The notes: generated by a model not told the origin, from the letters alone. DNA of 64,000 bases from Leptolyngbya sp. (GCA_040381765.1 JBEIGU010000002.1:9298-73297); one strand, 5' to 3'; shown: positions 51,617 through 61,332, counted from the stretch's first letter. Translations and numbers: made by a program.

Positions 51617-52957
51617 CTAGGGCACCGGGGGATAGTCCGGGCCAGGCCGGAGCCAGTAGGGTACGGCCCAGACCAGGATCAGGGCCCGACCGGCCATCAG
51701 CCCCACCAGGGCTAACCAGAGCAGGTGGGGGTTAGCCAGCCTCTGGGCCACCAGGGCGAGGGGCAAAAAACCCAGCAAGGCCGCCACCAGGGTGCTATTG
51801 CGCAGCAGGGTACTGGCGGTCAGGCCCAGGAAAAAGCCATCTAGCAAAAAGGCGATCGCCCCCAGCCCCAGCACCGGCACCAACCACCCCCCGTAGCGAG
51901 TCACCGTGGTCACCACCTCAGTATGGCTGGTGAGCAGACTAAACAGGGGCTGGCTAAAGCCCCAGAAGGCCAGGGCAAAGCCCAACCCCAGGGCCAAACT
52001 GATCCCCCCCCCTAGCCACACCACCCCCTGCAGTCGACTAACATCGCCGCGGCCGTAGTAGCGACCGGCGAAACTTTCGGTGGCGAAGGCCAGGCCATCA
52101 ATGAAATAGGCCGACAGGGTCACCACCTGGAGCAACAAAGTGTTTGCCGCCAGAAGATCGGGCCCCAGACTGGCGCTGGTGCGGGTGAACAGGGCAAAGC
52201 TGAGGATGATAGCGGCGGTGCGGAGCAGGATATCCCCATTCAGCGCCCATAGTCGCCGCAGGGTGGGGCCGTCCCAGAGTTGGGGCAACAGCCGCTGCAG
52301 GGTGGCTAGATCGATGCACCGACCGACCAGCGCCAGACCCCCCAGCAGGGTGACATACTGGCTGAGGGCGGTGCCCAGGCCAGCCCCCGCCGCCGCCCAG
52401 CCCCAACGCCAGATGAATAGATAATTAAAAATTACGTTACTGGCATTACCCACCAGGGATAACCCCAGCACCCAACGCCCCTGGCCTCGCCCCAGGCACC
52501 AGCCGATGATCACCAGGTTGAGCAGCACCGCCGGGGCATCCCAAATTCGAGCATTGTAGAAGGCGTAGCCAGCAGCCTTAAGATCCGCCTGGGCCCCCAG
52601 CAGGGTAAAGCCCAACTCCCGCAGGGGTACCTGTAGCACCAACACCAGCAGCCCCAACCCCAGGGCGATCAAACCATGGCGCAGCAGCACCCGCAGCACC
52701 TCATCCGCTTTACCCAAGCCCAGGGCCTGGGCGGTGAGACCGGTGGTGCCCATGCGCAAAAAGCCAAAACCCCAGTAGATGACGTTAAATACCACCGTGG
52801 CCAGGGCCACACCGCCTAGGTGGTGAATCTCCGCCAGATGCCCCAGAAAGGCCGTATCCACCAGCCCCGCCAGGGGCACCATCAGGTTAGCCACCACATT
52901 GGCCAGGGCCAGGCGCAGGAAGTCAGCCCACCAGGGAGAGGTACTCAGATTAGCCAT
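51617..52957 (-). CDS. MATE family transporter (DinF-like)
   Basis: PLAGLVDTAFLGHL, FLRMGTTGLTAQA, DGLAFATE; ATG at 52957 (ORF open to 53023). Confidence 0.92.
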   Translation of the reverse strand: MANLSTSPWWADFLRLALANVVANLMVPLAGLVDTAFLGHLAEIHHLGGVALATVVFNVIYWGFGFLRMGTTGLTAQALGLGKADEVLRVLLRHGLIALGLGLLVLVLQVPLRELGFTLLGAQADLKAAGYAFYNARIWDAPAVLLNLVIIGWCLGRGQGRWVLGLSLVGNASNVIFNYLFIWRWGWAAAGAGLGTALSQYVTLLGGLALVGRCIDLATLQRLLPQLWDGPTLRRLWALNGDILLRTAAIILSFALFTRTSASLGPDLLAANTLLLQVVTLSAYFIDGLAFATESFAGRYYGRGDVSRLQGVVWLGGGISLALGLGFALAFWGFSQPLFSLLTSHTEVVTTVTRYGGWLVPVLGLGAIAFLLDGFFLGLTASTLLRNSTLVAALLGFLPLALVAQRLANPHLLWLALVGLMAGRALILVWAVPYWLRPGPDYPPVP

Positions 52958-53062
52958 CGGGGGCACCGGGGAAGGGGGGGAGGCGTTGGCCAGGGCCAAC
53001 CCCCATCGCCACCGCCTCGCCATGTCTTCCTAGCTTACGCCATGGCCCTGGCCAGAGGACCC

Positions 53063-53779
53063 TTAGGGGTAGGGGTCAAAGATGTAGTTGTCGGCAAACC
53101 GTTCCGCCTTGGCCTGGTCAGCGACACTGCGCACCGTCCAGGTGATCAGGGGCAACTGACCCACCTGGCGCATCAGGGTGGTACAAAGCTTGGGCAGAGA
53201 CCTCAGATCGTAGGCAATGAAATGGGGTTGGCTGAGGCCGTTGAATAGCAGGTTACTGTGCACCGCCGCCAGGTGCCAGGGCACGGACTCCTCCCGGTAA
53301 CCACTGGAGAGTTGCCCCCGGGGAATGGCGGGGGCATGGCGCCTGAACCAGTCCAGGGATAGGGGGTTAAAGGATTGGACGGCGAATTCGCCCCCATAGC
53401 CCCTCAGGGTTTTAGCCAGGGCCGCCTCCATGGGCCCCACCCGGCCTTGATTTTTAATTTCCAGCAGCACCGGCACCTGCCCATCGATCAGGGCCAGCAC
53501 CTCCGCCAGGGAGGGAATGGTTTGGTCGGTATCGTACAGTCGGTAGTCTTTCAAGCTGGCCAGGGTTTGTTGACCAATGGTACCCGCCTGGCCGGTGAGG
53601 CGGGCCAGGTTTTGATCGTGGAAGACCGCCAGCTCCCCATCCGCCAGCAGCTGCAGATCCAGCTCGATGGGGTAGCCCTGGGCGATCGCCCCGGCAAAGG
53701 CCAACAGAGAATTCTCCGGGACGGCCTGACCCTGGTGCAGGCCCCGGTGGGCAATGGGTTGTGTCCTGATCCAATCCAT
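53063..53779 (-). CDS. Glycerophosphodiester phosphodiesterase family protein
   Basis: IAHRG, PENSL, IELD, FHD, LEIK, QSFNP, TWTV. Confidence 0.92.
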   Translation of the reverse strand: MDWIRTQPIAHRGLHQGQAVPENSLLAFAGAIAQGYPIELDLQLLADGELAVFHDQNLARLTGQAGTIGQQTLASLKDYRLYDTDQTIPSLAEVLALIDGQVPVLLEIKNQGRVGPMEAALAKTLRGYGGEFAVQSFNPLSLDWFRRHAPAIPRGQLSSGYREESVPWHLAAVHSNLLFNGLSQPHFIAYDLRSLPKLCTTLMRQVGQLPLITWTVRSVADQAKAERFADNYIFDPYP

Positions 53780-53877
53780 GGCCAGATATTGTAGGGCAAG
53801 GCCTGGCCCCCTTGGGTTAACGGGGGGTGAAGTTCTGTCTAAGGGGTAGGACCGGGGTATCCCCCGCCCTCCATCGC

Positions 53878-55434
53878 CTAGTCCTCCAGGTAGCCCAGGT
53901 CCGCCAATCGCCGCTGCACCTCCGGGTCATCGTAGCCGATCGCCCGCCCCAGGCTAGCCTGGGCCAGGTTCTGTTGAGATTGCTGGGCAAAGGCCTGCAG
54001 ACAGTCCTGCAGCACCTCCACGTTTTCCGGCAGGATGGCACTGAGATCCAGGACCTCCAGGGGATCCACCAGCACATCGTAGAGTTCCGTGCCTTCCCCC
54101 TCCACGGCGATCAGCTTGTGGGAGCCGATCCAGATGGCCCGACGGGCGCGATCGCAGCGCCGCTGCTGCACCAGGTCTGGTTGGCGCTTCTGCATCAGGT
54201 TGACCACATTCTGGGGGGGGATGGCCTCGGCAAAAACGTAGTCATCCTTAGCCTCGCCGGTGCTGGGCTGACCCAGGGCCAGGCGCCGCTCCGCAGTACT
54301 GGCCAGCCCGGCAGCCGCCAGCACCGTATGGAATAGTCGCCGGGTGGAGATCACCTGATCAACGGTGGTGCCCCAGCTGGCCGGTTGGCAGGGGTCCCGA
54401 ATGATCAGGGGCACCCGCACCAGCTCGTTGTAGATGGAAAGGCTATGCCCCATCAACTGTTTCTCCCCCAGGTGCTCCCCATGATCGGCGCAGATGATTA
54501 CCATGGTCCGATCCAGGCGACCGGATCGCTGCAGTTGATCAAAAAAGTCCCCCAGCAGGGCGTCCTGGTAGGCTACCTCGGCATCGTACATGCCGTCCAG
54601 GGTTTGCTTTTGGTGATCATCCAGGGCACCGGTAAGGGGAGCCAGCCAGCCGTAGACATCGCTGTTAAACCGCTGCAGAAAGTTCTGGGCCCGGCGATCG
54701 GCCAGCAGGTGGGGCGCAAAGCGCTCAATATAGGGCCGGGGGGGATGGTAGGGCATGTGGGTGCCCATCAGGTTGACGAAGGCGAAGATGGGCTGGTCGG
54801 CCTCCACCCCGGACCGGTGGATCAGCAACTGAGCCGTATCCGCCAGGGACTTTTGCCCGTTTCCTTTAAAGCTGAGGGCGGTTTGCCAGAGGGGCACCAT
54901 CAGGGGGGTGAAGGAGAGGGCCAGCAGGGTATCGGAGCGGGCGAAGGCATCCTGGACCCCCTGCAGCAGACCGGCCAGCTGCCGCTTAAACCACTGCCGG
55001 TAGCGCCCTATCCAGCTGGACTGACGCCCCGCCTGGTTGGGTCGCTGGGTAAGTAGGCCGCTGTAGTTAAGAAAACTGGTGAACCCCCGCCGCAGGCCGT
55101 TGTTAATCACCCCCACCAGAGGATTGTTGCAGAACCCCGCCGTGTGGTACCCTCCCGCCGCCAACCGCTCCGCCAGGGTGGGCACCTGTGCCGGCAGCAC
55201 CGAGTAGGACTGCACCATGGTGTGCTGGGAGGGGTAGAGGCCGGTGAACATGGAGGCATGGGAGGGCACGGTCCACTGGGCGGCGGCCACCGCCTGGGTA
55301 TAGCGGCTGGCGGTGGCGGCGATGGCATCCAGGTGGGGGGAGGTGGGCTGGCCATAGCCATAGCAGGACAGGCGATCGAGCCGTTGGGTATCCAGCACCA
55401 GAAACAAAATATCGGGGCGATCCGCCATGGCCAT
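53878..55434 (-). CDS. Sulfatase-fold hydrolase/transferase with non-canonical active site
   Basis: LDTQRLD, WTVPSHASMFTG, HMPY, ADHGE. Confidence 0.88.
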   Translation of the reverse strand: MAMADRPDILFLVLDTQRLDRLSCYGYGQPTSPHLDAIAATASRYTQAVAAAQWTVPSHASMFTGLYPSQHTMVQSYSVLPAQVPTLAERLAAGGYHTAGFCNNPLVGVINNGLRRGFTSFLNYSGLLTQRPNQAGRQSSWIGRYRQWFKRQLAGLLQGVQDAFARSDTLLALSFTPLMVPLWQTALSFKGNGQKSLADTAQLLIHRSGVEADQPIFAFVNLMGTHMPYHPPRPYIERFAPHLLADRRAQNFLQRFNSDVYGWLAPLTGALDDHQKQTLDGMYDAEVAYQDALLGDFFDQLQRSGRLDRTMVIICADHGEHLGEKQLMGHSLSIYNELVRVPLIIRDPCQPASWGTTVDQVISTRRLFHTVLAAAGLASTAERRLALGQPSTGEAKDDYVFAEAIPPQNVVNLMQKRQPDLVQQRRCDRARRAIWIGSHKLIAVEGEGTELYDVLVDPLEVLDLSAILPENVEVLQDCLQAFAQQSQQNLAQASLGRAIGYDDPEVQRRLADLGYLED

Positions 55435-55500
55435 CCATCACCATCCTCGAGGGGTCGGTTCTATGCTAAACCCTTGGGCCCATCCCTCGCCGACTTTTTC

Positions 55501-56724
55501 TCAGGCACTTCTGAGGGCCACGATGGGATCGAGACGGGCCGCCTGGCGAGCCGGCACCACCCCAAAGAACAGGCCAATGCCACCGGAAACCCCCACCGCC
55601 AGCAGAATCGCCGCCAGGGAAATACCGGCATCAAAGGGGGTGAGGGCGGCCAACAGCACCACCCCACCGACCCCTAGGCCGGTGCCCACCCCCCCCCCCG
55701 CCGCCGCCAGGATGGTGGCCTCGATCAGAAACTGGCCCATAATATCCGCCTGGGTGGCGCCGATCGCCTTACGCAGCCCAATTTCCTGGGTCCGCTCCCG
55801 CACCGACACCAGCATGATGTTCATGATGCCAATCCCCCCCACCAGTAGGGAGATGCTGGCGATGGCGGCCAGCATCAGGGTGAGGGCGCCGGTGATGGTG
55901 TTGGCAATGCTGAGCAGGGTGTCCTGGCTGCTGATGTAAAAATCATCCTCGTCGGTAATGGCGTGGCGCAGCCGCAGCAGGTTGGTAATTTGAAACTCGG
56001 CGGTGGCCATGCTGGGGCGATCGCGGGCGGATACGGTGATAAAGGCCACCTGGATACCGTAGGGCGATCGCTGCAGCCCCGGTAGCCGATTAGCCTGGGT
56101 AGTGAGGGGGATCAACACCGCATCGTCGTAGTCCAGGCCCAGGTTCGAACCCTTCTTCTCCAGGATGCCAATCACGTCAAAGGTCACCCCGCCAATCCGC
56201 AGGGTTTGCCCCAGGGCCGGTTGATCCTCAAATAGACGCTCCCTTAAGGTACTGCCCAGCACCGCCACCTGGGCATTGCGGGTCAGGTCCAGATCGCTAA
56301 GGAAGCGACCACTGGCCACCTCAAAGCTGCGCACCGTTAAAAAGTCGGGGTTGGTCCCCACCACGTTGACATTGGCGTTGCGGTTGCCGACGCTAACCAA
56401 CTGCCGGGCACTGGCCTCCGGCGCCACACCGGTAACCGCGGGGACCTGCTCAGAGATCGCCTGGGCATCCGCCAGCACCAAGGTGCGGGGTAGGTTGAGG
56501 GCACCGAGCTGGCGGGTCTCTCGACTACCGGGAATCACAAACAGAACGTTCGGGCCCAGGGTTTCCAGCTGGGCATTGATAAACCGCTGGGCCCCCTGCC
56601 CCAGCCCCACCATGGTAATCACCGAGGCATTGCCAATGATGATGCCCAGCATGGTGAGGCTGCTACGCAGACGATTGACGGCCAGGGTCTTAGCCGCCAT
56701 GGAGAAACTTTCTTGCCAGTTCAT
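55501..56724 (-). CDS. MacB/FtsX-type ABC transporter permease
   Basis: RSSLTMLGIIIG, VGGIGIMNIMLVSVRERTQEIGLRKAIGA, PARQAARLDP; ATG at 56724. Confidence 0.93.
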   Translation of the reverse strand: MNWQESFSMAAKTLAVNRLRSSLTMLGIIIGNASVITMVGLGQGAQRFINAQLETLGPNVLFVIPGSRETRQLGALNLPRTLVLADAQAISEQVPAVTGVAPEASARQLVSVGNRNANVNVVGTNPDFLTVRSFEVASGRFLSDLDLTRNAQVAVLGSTLRERLFEDQPALGQTLRIGGVTFDVIGILEKKGSNLGLDYDDAVLIPLTTQANRLPGLQRSPYGIQVAFITVSARDRPSMATAEFQITNLLRLRHAITDEDDFYISSQDTLLSIANTITGALTLMLAAIASISLLVGGIGIMNIMLVSVRERTQEIGLRKAIGATQADIMGQFLIEATILAAAGGGVGTGLGVGGVVLLAALTPFDAGISLAAILLAVGVSGGIGLFFGVVPARQAARLDPIVALRSA

Positions 56725-56800
56725 AGGGCTATTGTAGCTCCAGAGGTCAGCCCTAGGGGGCCATCGCCTCATCCTAGGGGGCGTAAATTAGGCGACCCTT

Positions 56801-56824
56801 GAATAGGGAATAGGGAATAGGGAA
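56801..56824 (+). repeat. Heptamer tandem repeat (GAATAGG)x3.4
   Basis: gaatagg gaatagg gaatagg gaa, directly after the ureD stop. Confidence 0.7.
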
Positions 56825-56826
56825 CA

Positions 56827-57690
56827 CTAGACAAACCAAACCCGCGGTAGGATGGCCGGTCGCCCTAAATACCAGGGGCGGAGCTGGCGCCAGAGATCCA
56901 TAAACCATTGCCGCGCCGCCTGACTGGAAGGGCCCCGGTAGCGGCAGACCAGTCCTTGCTGCAGCCGGGTGATGCCCCCCTGGGCCGGGGCATCTACCCC
57001 TGGCAACGATCGCAGCTGATTAAGCTGCTCCGACGACAAGGCCAGGCCCACCAGCACCAAACAGCCCACCACCGGTTGACCCGCCAGGCCATTGATACTA
57101 TCCAGGGCGGGGCTTCCCCCCGCCAGGGCCTGGGGATCGATCCAGAGGGGAGTGGGGAAGTCCCCCTCCTGCCAAACCTGCAGCTGCGATCGCCAGGCCC
57201 CCTGGCAAAACCGTTCCTGGCGGGCACTGCGGCCAAACCGGGTCAGGTCCCAGCCGCACCACACTGCCCCGGGGGCCAGGTTAACCCGCAGGTGCTGGTG
57301 GTAGCGAGCCCCATTAAAAACGATGGTTTCCTGGGGGAACCACTCCAGACAACTGTGGGGGGCCAGGGTGAGGGTGGTGGTCTGTTGGGCGGCCTGGTCC
57401 AGGGTTGCCTCCCCGTCACCGCCGTAGACCTTGCTGGCGGCGGCGGTGGTGATCAGTGCCCGGCTGTGGGGTTGCAGGGTCGCCTCCAGGCTAAGTCGGT
57501 CCCCCGTCACCAGGCCACCGGCGGTGTGCACCAGTACGCTGTGGCAAATCTGGGGGCCTTCGGGGTAGAGCGATCGCTGCACCCGCAGGGGGGCCTGGCT
57601 AAAGGTTTGGCTGGCCACCGAGGTGCCGGAACGATAGTCGTAGGAGAGGCGGGCTAAACCTTGCCAGCCCGAGGCGACGGGGTCAGCCAC
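56827..57690 (-). CDS. ureD: Urease accessory protein UreD
   Basis: QAPLRVQRSLYPEG, HTAGG...GD, TTAAASKVY, LEWFPQETI.F; GTG start overlaps the upstream stop. Confidence 0.93.
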   Translation of the reverse strand: MADPVASGWQGLARLSYDYRSGTSVASQTFSQAPLRVQRSLYPEGPQICHSVLVHTAGGLVTGDRLSLEATLQPHSRALITTAAASKVYGGDGEATLDQAAQQTTTLTLAPHSCLEWFPQETIVFNGARYHQHLRVNLAPGAVWCGWDLTRFGRSARQERFCQGAWRSQLQVWQEGDFPTPLWIDPQALAGGSPALDSINGLAGQPVVGCLVLVGLALSSEQLNQLRSLPGVDAPAQGGITRLQQGLVCRYRGPSSQAARQWFMDLWRQLRPWYLGRPAILPRVWFV

Positions 57691-58301
57691 TAGCGGGGCC
57701 GATAGCCGCCGGAGGTGGCTATCTCCGACAGTTCCGCCTGGGTACGCAGGTTTTGGCAGCGCACCAATTCACTAACGGTCAGTACCTGGCGGCCCTCTAG
57801 GGCGGGCACCGTCTCAAGGGCCTTTACCAGGGCCAGGGCCGCCTCCCCCTGTTCGTAGCCGCGACGCTGGGCCACCTGAACAGCTTTATCGTCCGCCGCC
57901 ACCTCGATCTCGGTGCCCTTAAGACCACGCCAAAGCTGCCAAACCGCCAGGCTGGTAACTCCCCCCGCCGCTAACAGGCCCACCGCATCTCCCTGCAGTA
58001 GCTCCACCACGCCGCCCAATAAACCGGCCGCCGCCATGGCCTGATACCAGTTAGGCTTTAAAAGATTGGCTAGGCCTACCCAGCAGACCGTCCGGAGAAA
58101 CAGCAGATCTCGCTGGGCCAGCCCCAACTGTTGCCACCGATCCAGGTTGAGGCTAACGGTGTGGCTGCGGTGCCAGGGCCGGGGAAACTCCGCCCTGATT
58201 ACTTCAACCTGGCGATCGTTGAGCATCAGCTTGGTTTTCATCCGCGCCGAAGCAGGCATCAGTTCCTTGAGCCGACTAATTTCAGCATTAGGGTTAACCA
58301 T
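57690..58301 (-). CDS. DUF3318-type cyanobacterial membrane protein
   Basis: EI.RL.ELMPAS.RM, QRDLLFL..VCW, ADDKAV..AQRRGY. Confidence 0.82.
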   Translation of the reverse strand: MVNPNAEISRLKELMPASARMKTKLMLNDRQVEVIRAEFPRPWHRSHTVSLNLDRWQQLGLAQRDLLFLRTVCWVGLANLLKPNWYQAMAAAGLLGGVVELLQGDAVGLLAAGGVTSLAVWQLWRGLKGTEIEVAADDKAVQVAQRRGYEQGEAALALVKALETVPALEGRQVLTVSELVRCQNLRTQAELSEIATSGGYRPR

Positions 58302-58479
58302 GGCAGCTATGATCCAGGGTACTTTGCTTTTAGCCTACCACGTTCCTAGAGCTGGCTCAGGGAGCGGCCCATGGCTGGATCAAACTCTAACTCTTGCCTA
58401 GGAAGCCAGCTCTCCTCTGCGGTAGTTACAAACCCTAGGCAACCACCCCATGCCTGTCAACTTCTACCCCATAACAGGT

Positions 58480-59007
58480 TTATCGGGGCGGCACCACAGA
58501 ACCTGGAACAGGCATATCAGGGGTAGGAACAGGGTTTTGCATCTGGTTTGCATCAAAGATTTCTGACAATACCTGGAATAAAACCGCCAGATCATCCCGA
58601 GTAACAAACTGCCCCATTTGCTGCTGCACGGTTTGGTTATATGCCTGGAAGCAGGCACTCATGCCAGCGGCAAAAGCATTACGGGTAAGTGGGTCATCGC
58701 CTCGATAGGTGCCATCTGGGAAGCCCTTAATACAGCCATAGTTTTCACTGAGGAAAAAGATAGCCTCCGCTGCCCAACTAGCCTCCGATACGTCAGGGAA
58801 GCTGGCCCGTTGCCGCTGAGAGAATTGACTGAGCTCAGGGAAAGATTCCTGTAAATCAATCCCTGGAGATCGGGTCGAATTGTTAACCATAACCCGTTGA
58901 GTCGTGTTCAGAGGACGGTCGGGCTGGGCCTGCACCGCCCCAGTTGAGAGCAGGGCCAGGGCAGTAGTTAGGTTAAGCGCAACAAAGGCGGAGAAAGGAT
59001 GTAACAT
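58480..59007 (-). CDS. Stand-alone S-layer homology (SLH) domain protein
   Basis: Signal peptide; FPDV...WA..AI..L...YGCIKGFPDGTYRG...LTR..FAAG; Pro-rich tail. Confidence 0.85.
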   Translation of the reverse strand: MLHPFSAFVALNLTTALALLSTGAVQAQPDRPLNTTQRVMVNNSTRSPGIDLQESFPELSQFSQRQRASFPDVSEASWAAEAIFFLSENYGCIKGFPDGTYRGDDPLTRNAFAAGMSACFQAYNQTVQQQMGQFVTRDDLAVLFQVLSEIFDANQMQNPVPTPDMPVPGSVVPPR

Positions 59008-59027
59008 CGCGGTGTTTTCTAGAGTAT

Positions 59028-60005
59028 CTAATTCGTTTTGAAGCTATGGAGAGCGGTTTCAACCAATTCAACCCCCATAACATTACCTTGAAAGGAAAAC
59101 AATTCAAGGGCTCTCTCTAGAACATCTTCAGCCTCCCCCTCCCGTCTATGTTCTTTTAATGCCATAGCTAACTGGTAGTAGGGAATGGGGTTGATGGGAT
59201 CTAGCTCAGCGGAGTAACGATAGGAGACGATCGCCATTAAGTAGTTTTGTTGGGCCATATAGCTATTGCCTAAGCGGAAATAGACCTCGGCATTGTGAGG
59301 ATCAAGCGCCATGGCCCGTTGATAGAACCGCTGAGCCAGGGCAAAGTTGCCGGCTGATTGGGCATTGTCACCGGCCTGTTGCAAGGTCGAAAGTGATACG
59401 GTTTGCAGTACCCCCGGAGACCTGAAGCTCCCTGGGGCATTGGTATTATTTAGGGGTAGCGGGGATGTGCCTGCCACAGAAGACCCTAGCTGCAGATGAA
59501 TGGTACTCAACAAAACGTAGATATCGTGTTGCTCAGGTGCATAGTTATGAGCCTGCTGGAGAAACCAAGCGGCTCGTTCCAGTTCATTCAAATGCCAGTA
59601 AGCTATCCCCACAGCCGTCAGCACGTCGGGATTATCAGGGGCGAGGGCCAGGGCTGGCAAATAACTCAGGATAGCCTGGCGATGGTTTCCCAGGCCGGCG
59701 TAGGTGTATCCTTGATTTAGGTAGCTGTTCACAGATAACGGCCGGGGCTGCTCCTGCTCCTGCTGTAGCTTGACTTCTAACAATTCCAAAAACCCATGGG
59801 AGGAGGTACCCATTGCTATCAGTGGGGATGATTTGGGCAGGGTGACAAGCACCAACGACTTATCAGGATGGAGTAGTTGGATTCGTTTTTCAACCTCACC
59901 TGACCCTGCCAGAGCTGGAACCTCTGATGACAGGACAGAAACAAGAGCCACCATCCCCGCCAAGCTTGCAAGCACCCACATGATTAGCAGCCTCTCTAGA
60001 CGCAC
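59028..60005 (-). CDS. Tetratricopeptide repeat protein with N-terminal signal/TM
   Basis: Two TPR clusters (YLNQG..Y...ALALAP; YQRA.ALDP.NAEVYFRLG). Confidence 0.85.
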   Translation of the reverse strand: MRLERLLIMWVLASLAGMVALVSVLSSEVPALAGSGEVEKRIQLLHPDKSLVLVTLPKSSPLIAMGTSSHGFLELLEVKLQQEQEQPRPLSVNSYLNQGYTYAGLGNHRQAILSYLPALALAPDNPDVLTAVGIAYWHLNELERAAWFLQQAHNYAPEQHDIYVLLSTIHLQLGSSVAGTSPLPLNNTNAPGSFRSPGVLQTVSLSTLQQAGDNAQSAGNFALAQRFYQRAMALDPHNAEVYFRLGNSYMAQQNYLMAIVSYRYSAELDPINPIPYYQLAMALKEHRREGEAEDVLERALELFSFQGNVMGVELVETALHSFKTN

Positions 60006-60259
60006 CTAACTTCATCGCATAATAACAGGGGATATGCTCAAATCAGAAATCAAAGCTTTACCTTACCCTCTGCCACAGAGATTTCCCATCTCAATTTAAA
60101 TCTTTCCCTAGATCAAACACCTCCTATCAGGGGGTTCACGTGATTAAAGCCCACTAATCAGGTGATTTAAGACCCATTCAAATCTTCACGATGAATTGTT
60201 ATTGAGAAATAATGATTAAAATTCGCCAATCCCTAATATTTCCTTAAGTCAAGCAGGCT

Positions 60260-60622
60260 TCAAAACTCTTCTTCGCCATAGCTGGTAGTGTTTTCGTTGT
60301 CACGGCGAGAGCCCAACAGGTCTAACCGGTCAACCCGAATCACTGGTTTTGAACGAGGTGTACCGGTAGCTCGGTCCTGCCAATAGTCTAGCTTGAGAGC
60401 CCCGGTAACCCCGATCAGACTACCCTTATGAACATAGTTGGCCGCTACTTCGGCAGCCTTGCCCCACAACTCCAGGTTAAACCAATCAGGCTTGTCGTCT
60501 CGACTGGTGCGGCGACGTACCGCCAGGGTTAGATTACACAACACACTGCCGGATTCAAAGTACTTGACTTCGGGTTCTGTACCCACGCGCCCCACCAAAG
60601 TGACCAAGTTAACCGCTGTCAT
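60260..60622 (-). CDS. ssb: Single-stranded DNA-binding protein
   Basis: VNLVTLVGRVG..PE, WFNLELWG, KGSLIGV.G, acidic tail EEEF; ATG at 60622. Confidence 0.96.
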   Translation of the reverse strand: MTAVNLVTLVGRVGTEPEVKYFESGSVLCNLTLAVRRRTSRDDKPDWFNLELWGKAAEVAANYVHKGSLIGVTGALKLDYWQDRATGTPRSKPVIRVDRLDLLGSRRDNENTTSYGEEEF

Positions 60623-61099
60623 TAGCTTTTCCTCTCGAATATCAACCCTTGCGGCGGTATGCTTCTGCCGTTTCCCCGGATTTGCGAACCCTATGCCCTG
60701 CCGTTGGATCGACACCAATTCAGGCTATGGGTATAGGGTAAAACGGCTGGGGAAACATAGCTCTATTTATACTGTGAGATTTGTAATTTGGAAATCTGTA
60801 AACGTAAGCAAGCCCATCGAATCCGGACGCCAACCGCTAGACATTTGGCTATTCTAATGGGTTCTGATTCCTGAAGTCCTTGGGTAAACAGCCTACCTAT
60901 GGTAGCCTAGATGAAGTCCAGGGATGATCAGCCCCTGGTTTTGCTGTCTGTATAGATCCGCCGGGGATAGCAGGAGGTGGCGTAACCGTCCCCAGGCGAA
61001 AGCGATGATCTAAAAATTTTGGAGAGTTTAGTCCTAGACTAAGCTGGTTTGCATGGACAGATTTTTATCATTTCATCAAGGAGAAAGAAGCAATTCCCT

Positions 61100-61276
61100 A
61101 TGACTCAAGTTGTTGTTGGCGAAAATGAAGGCATTGAATCAGCGCTACGTCGCTTTAAGCGCCAGGTTTCTAAGGCTGGAATTTTTTCTGAGGTGAAACG
61201 TCGTCGCCACTTTGAAACCCCTCAGGAAAAACGGAAGCGCAAGGCCGTAGCCCGCCGCAAAAAGCGGTATCGTTAA
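61100..61276 (+). CDS. rpsU: 30S ribosomal protein S21
   Basis: [27 protein letters not shown]...HFETP. Confidence 0.98.
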   Translation: MTQVVVGENEGIESALRRFKRQVSKAGIFSEVKRRRHFETPQEKRKRKAVARRKKRYR

Positions 61277-61293
61277 AGCCTCATACAGCCACT

Positions 61294-61323
61294 GGCCTCC
61301 CCTGTACAGGAGGCCTATTTTTT
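61294..61323 (+). terminator. Intrinsic terminator after rpsU
   Basis: ggcctcc-N8-ggaggcc followed by tatttttt. Confidence 0.8.
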
Positions 61324-61332
61324 AATGAACCC

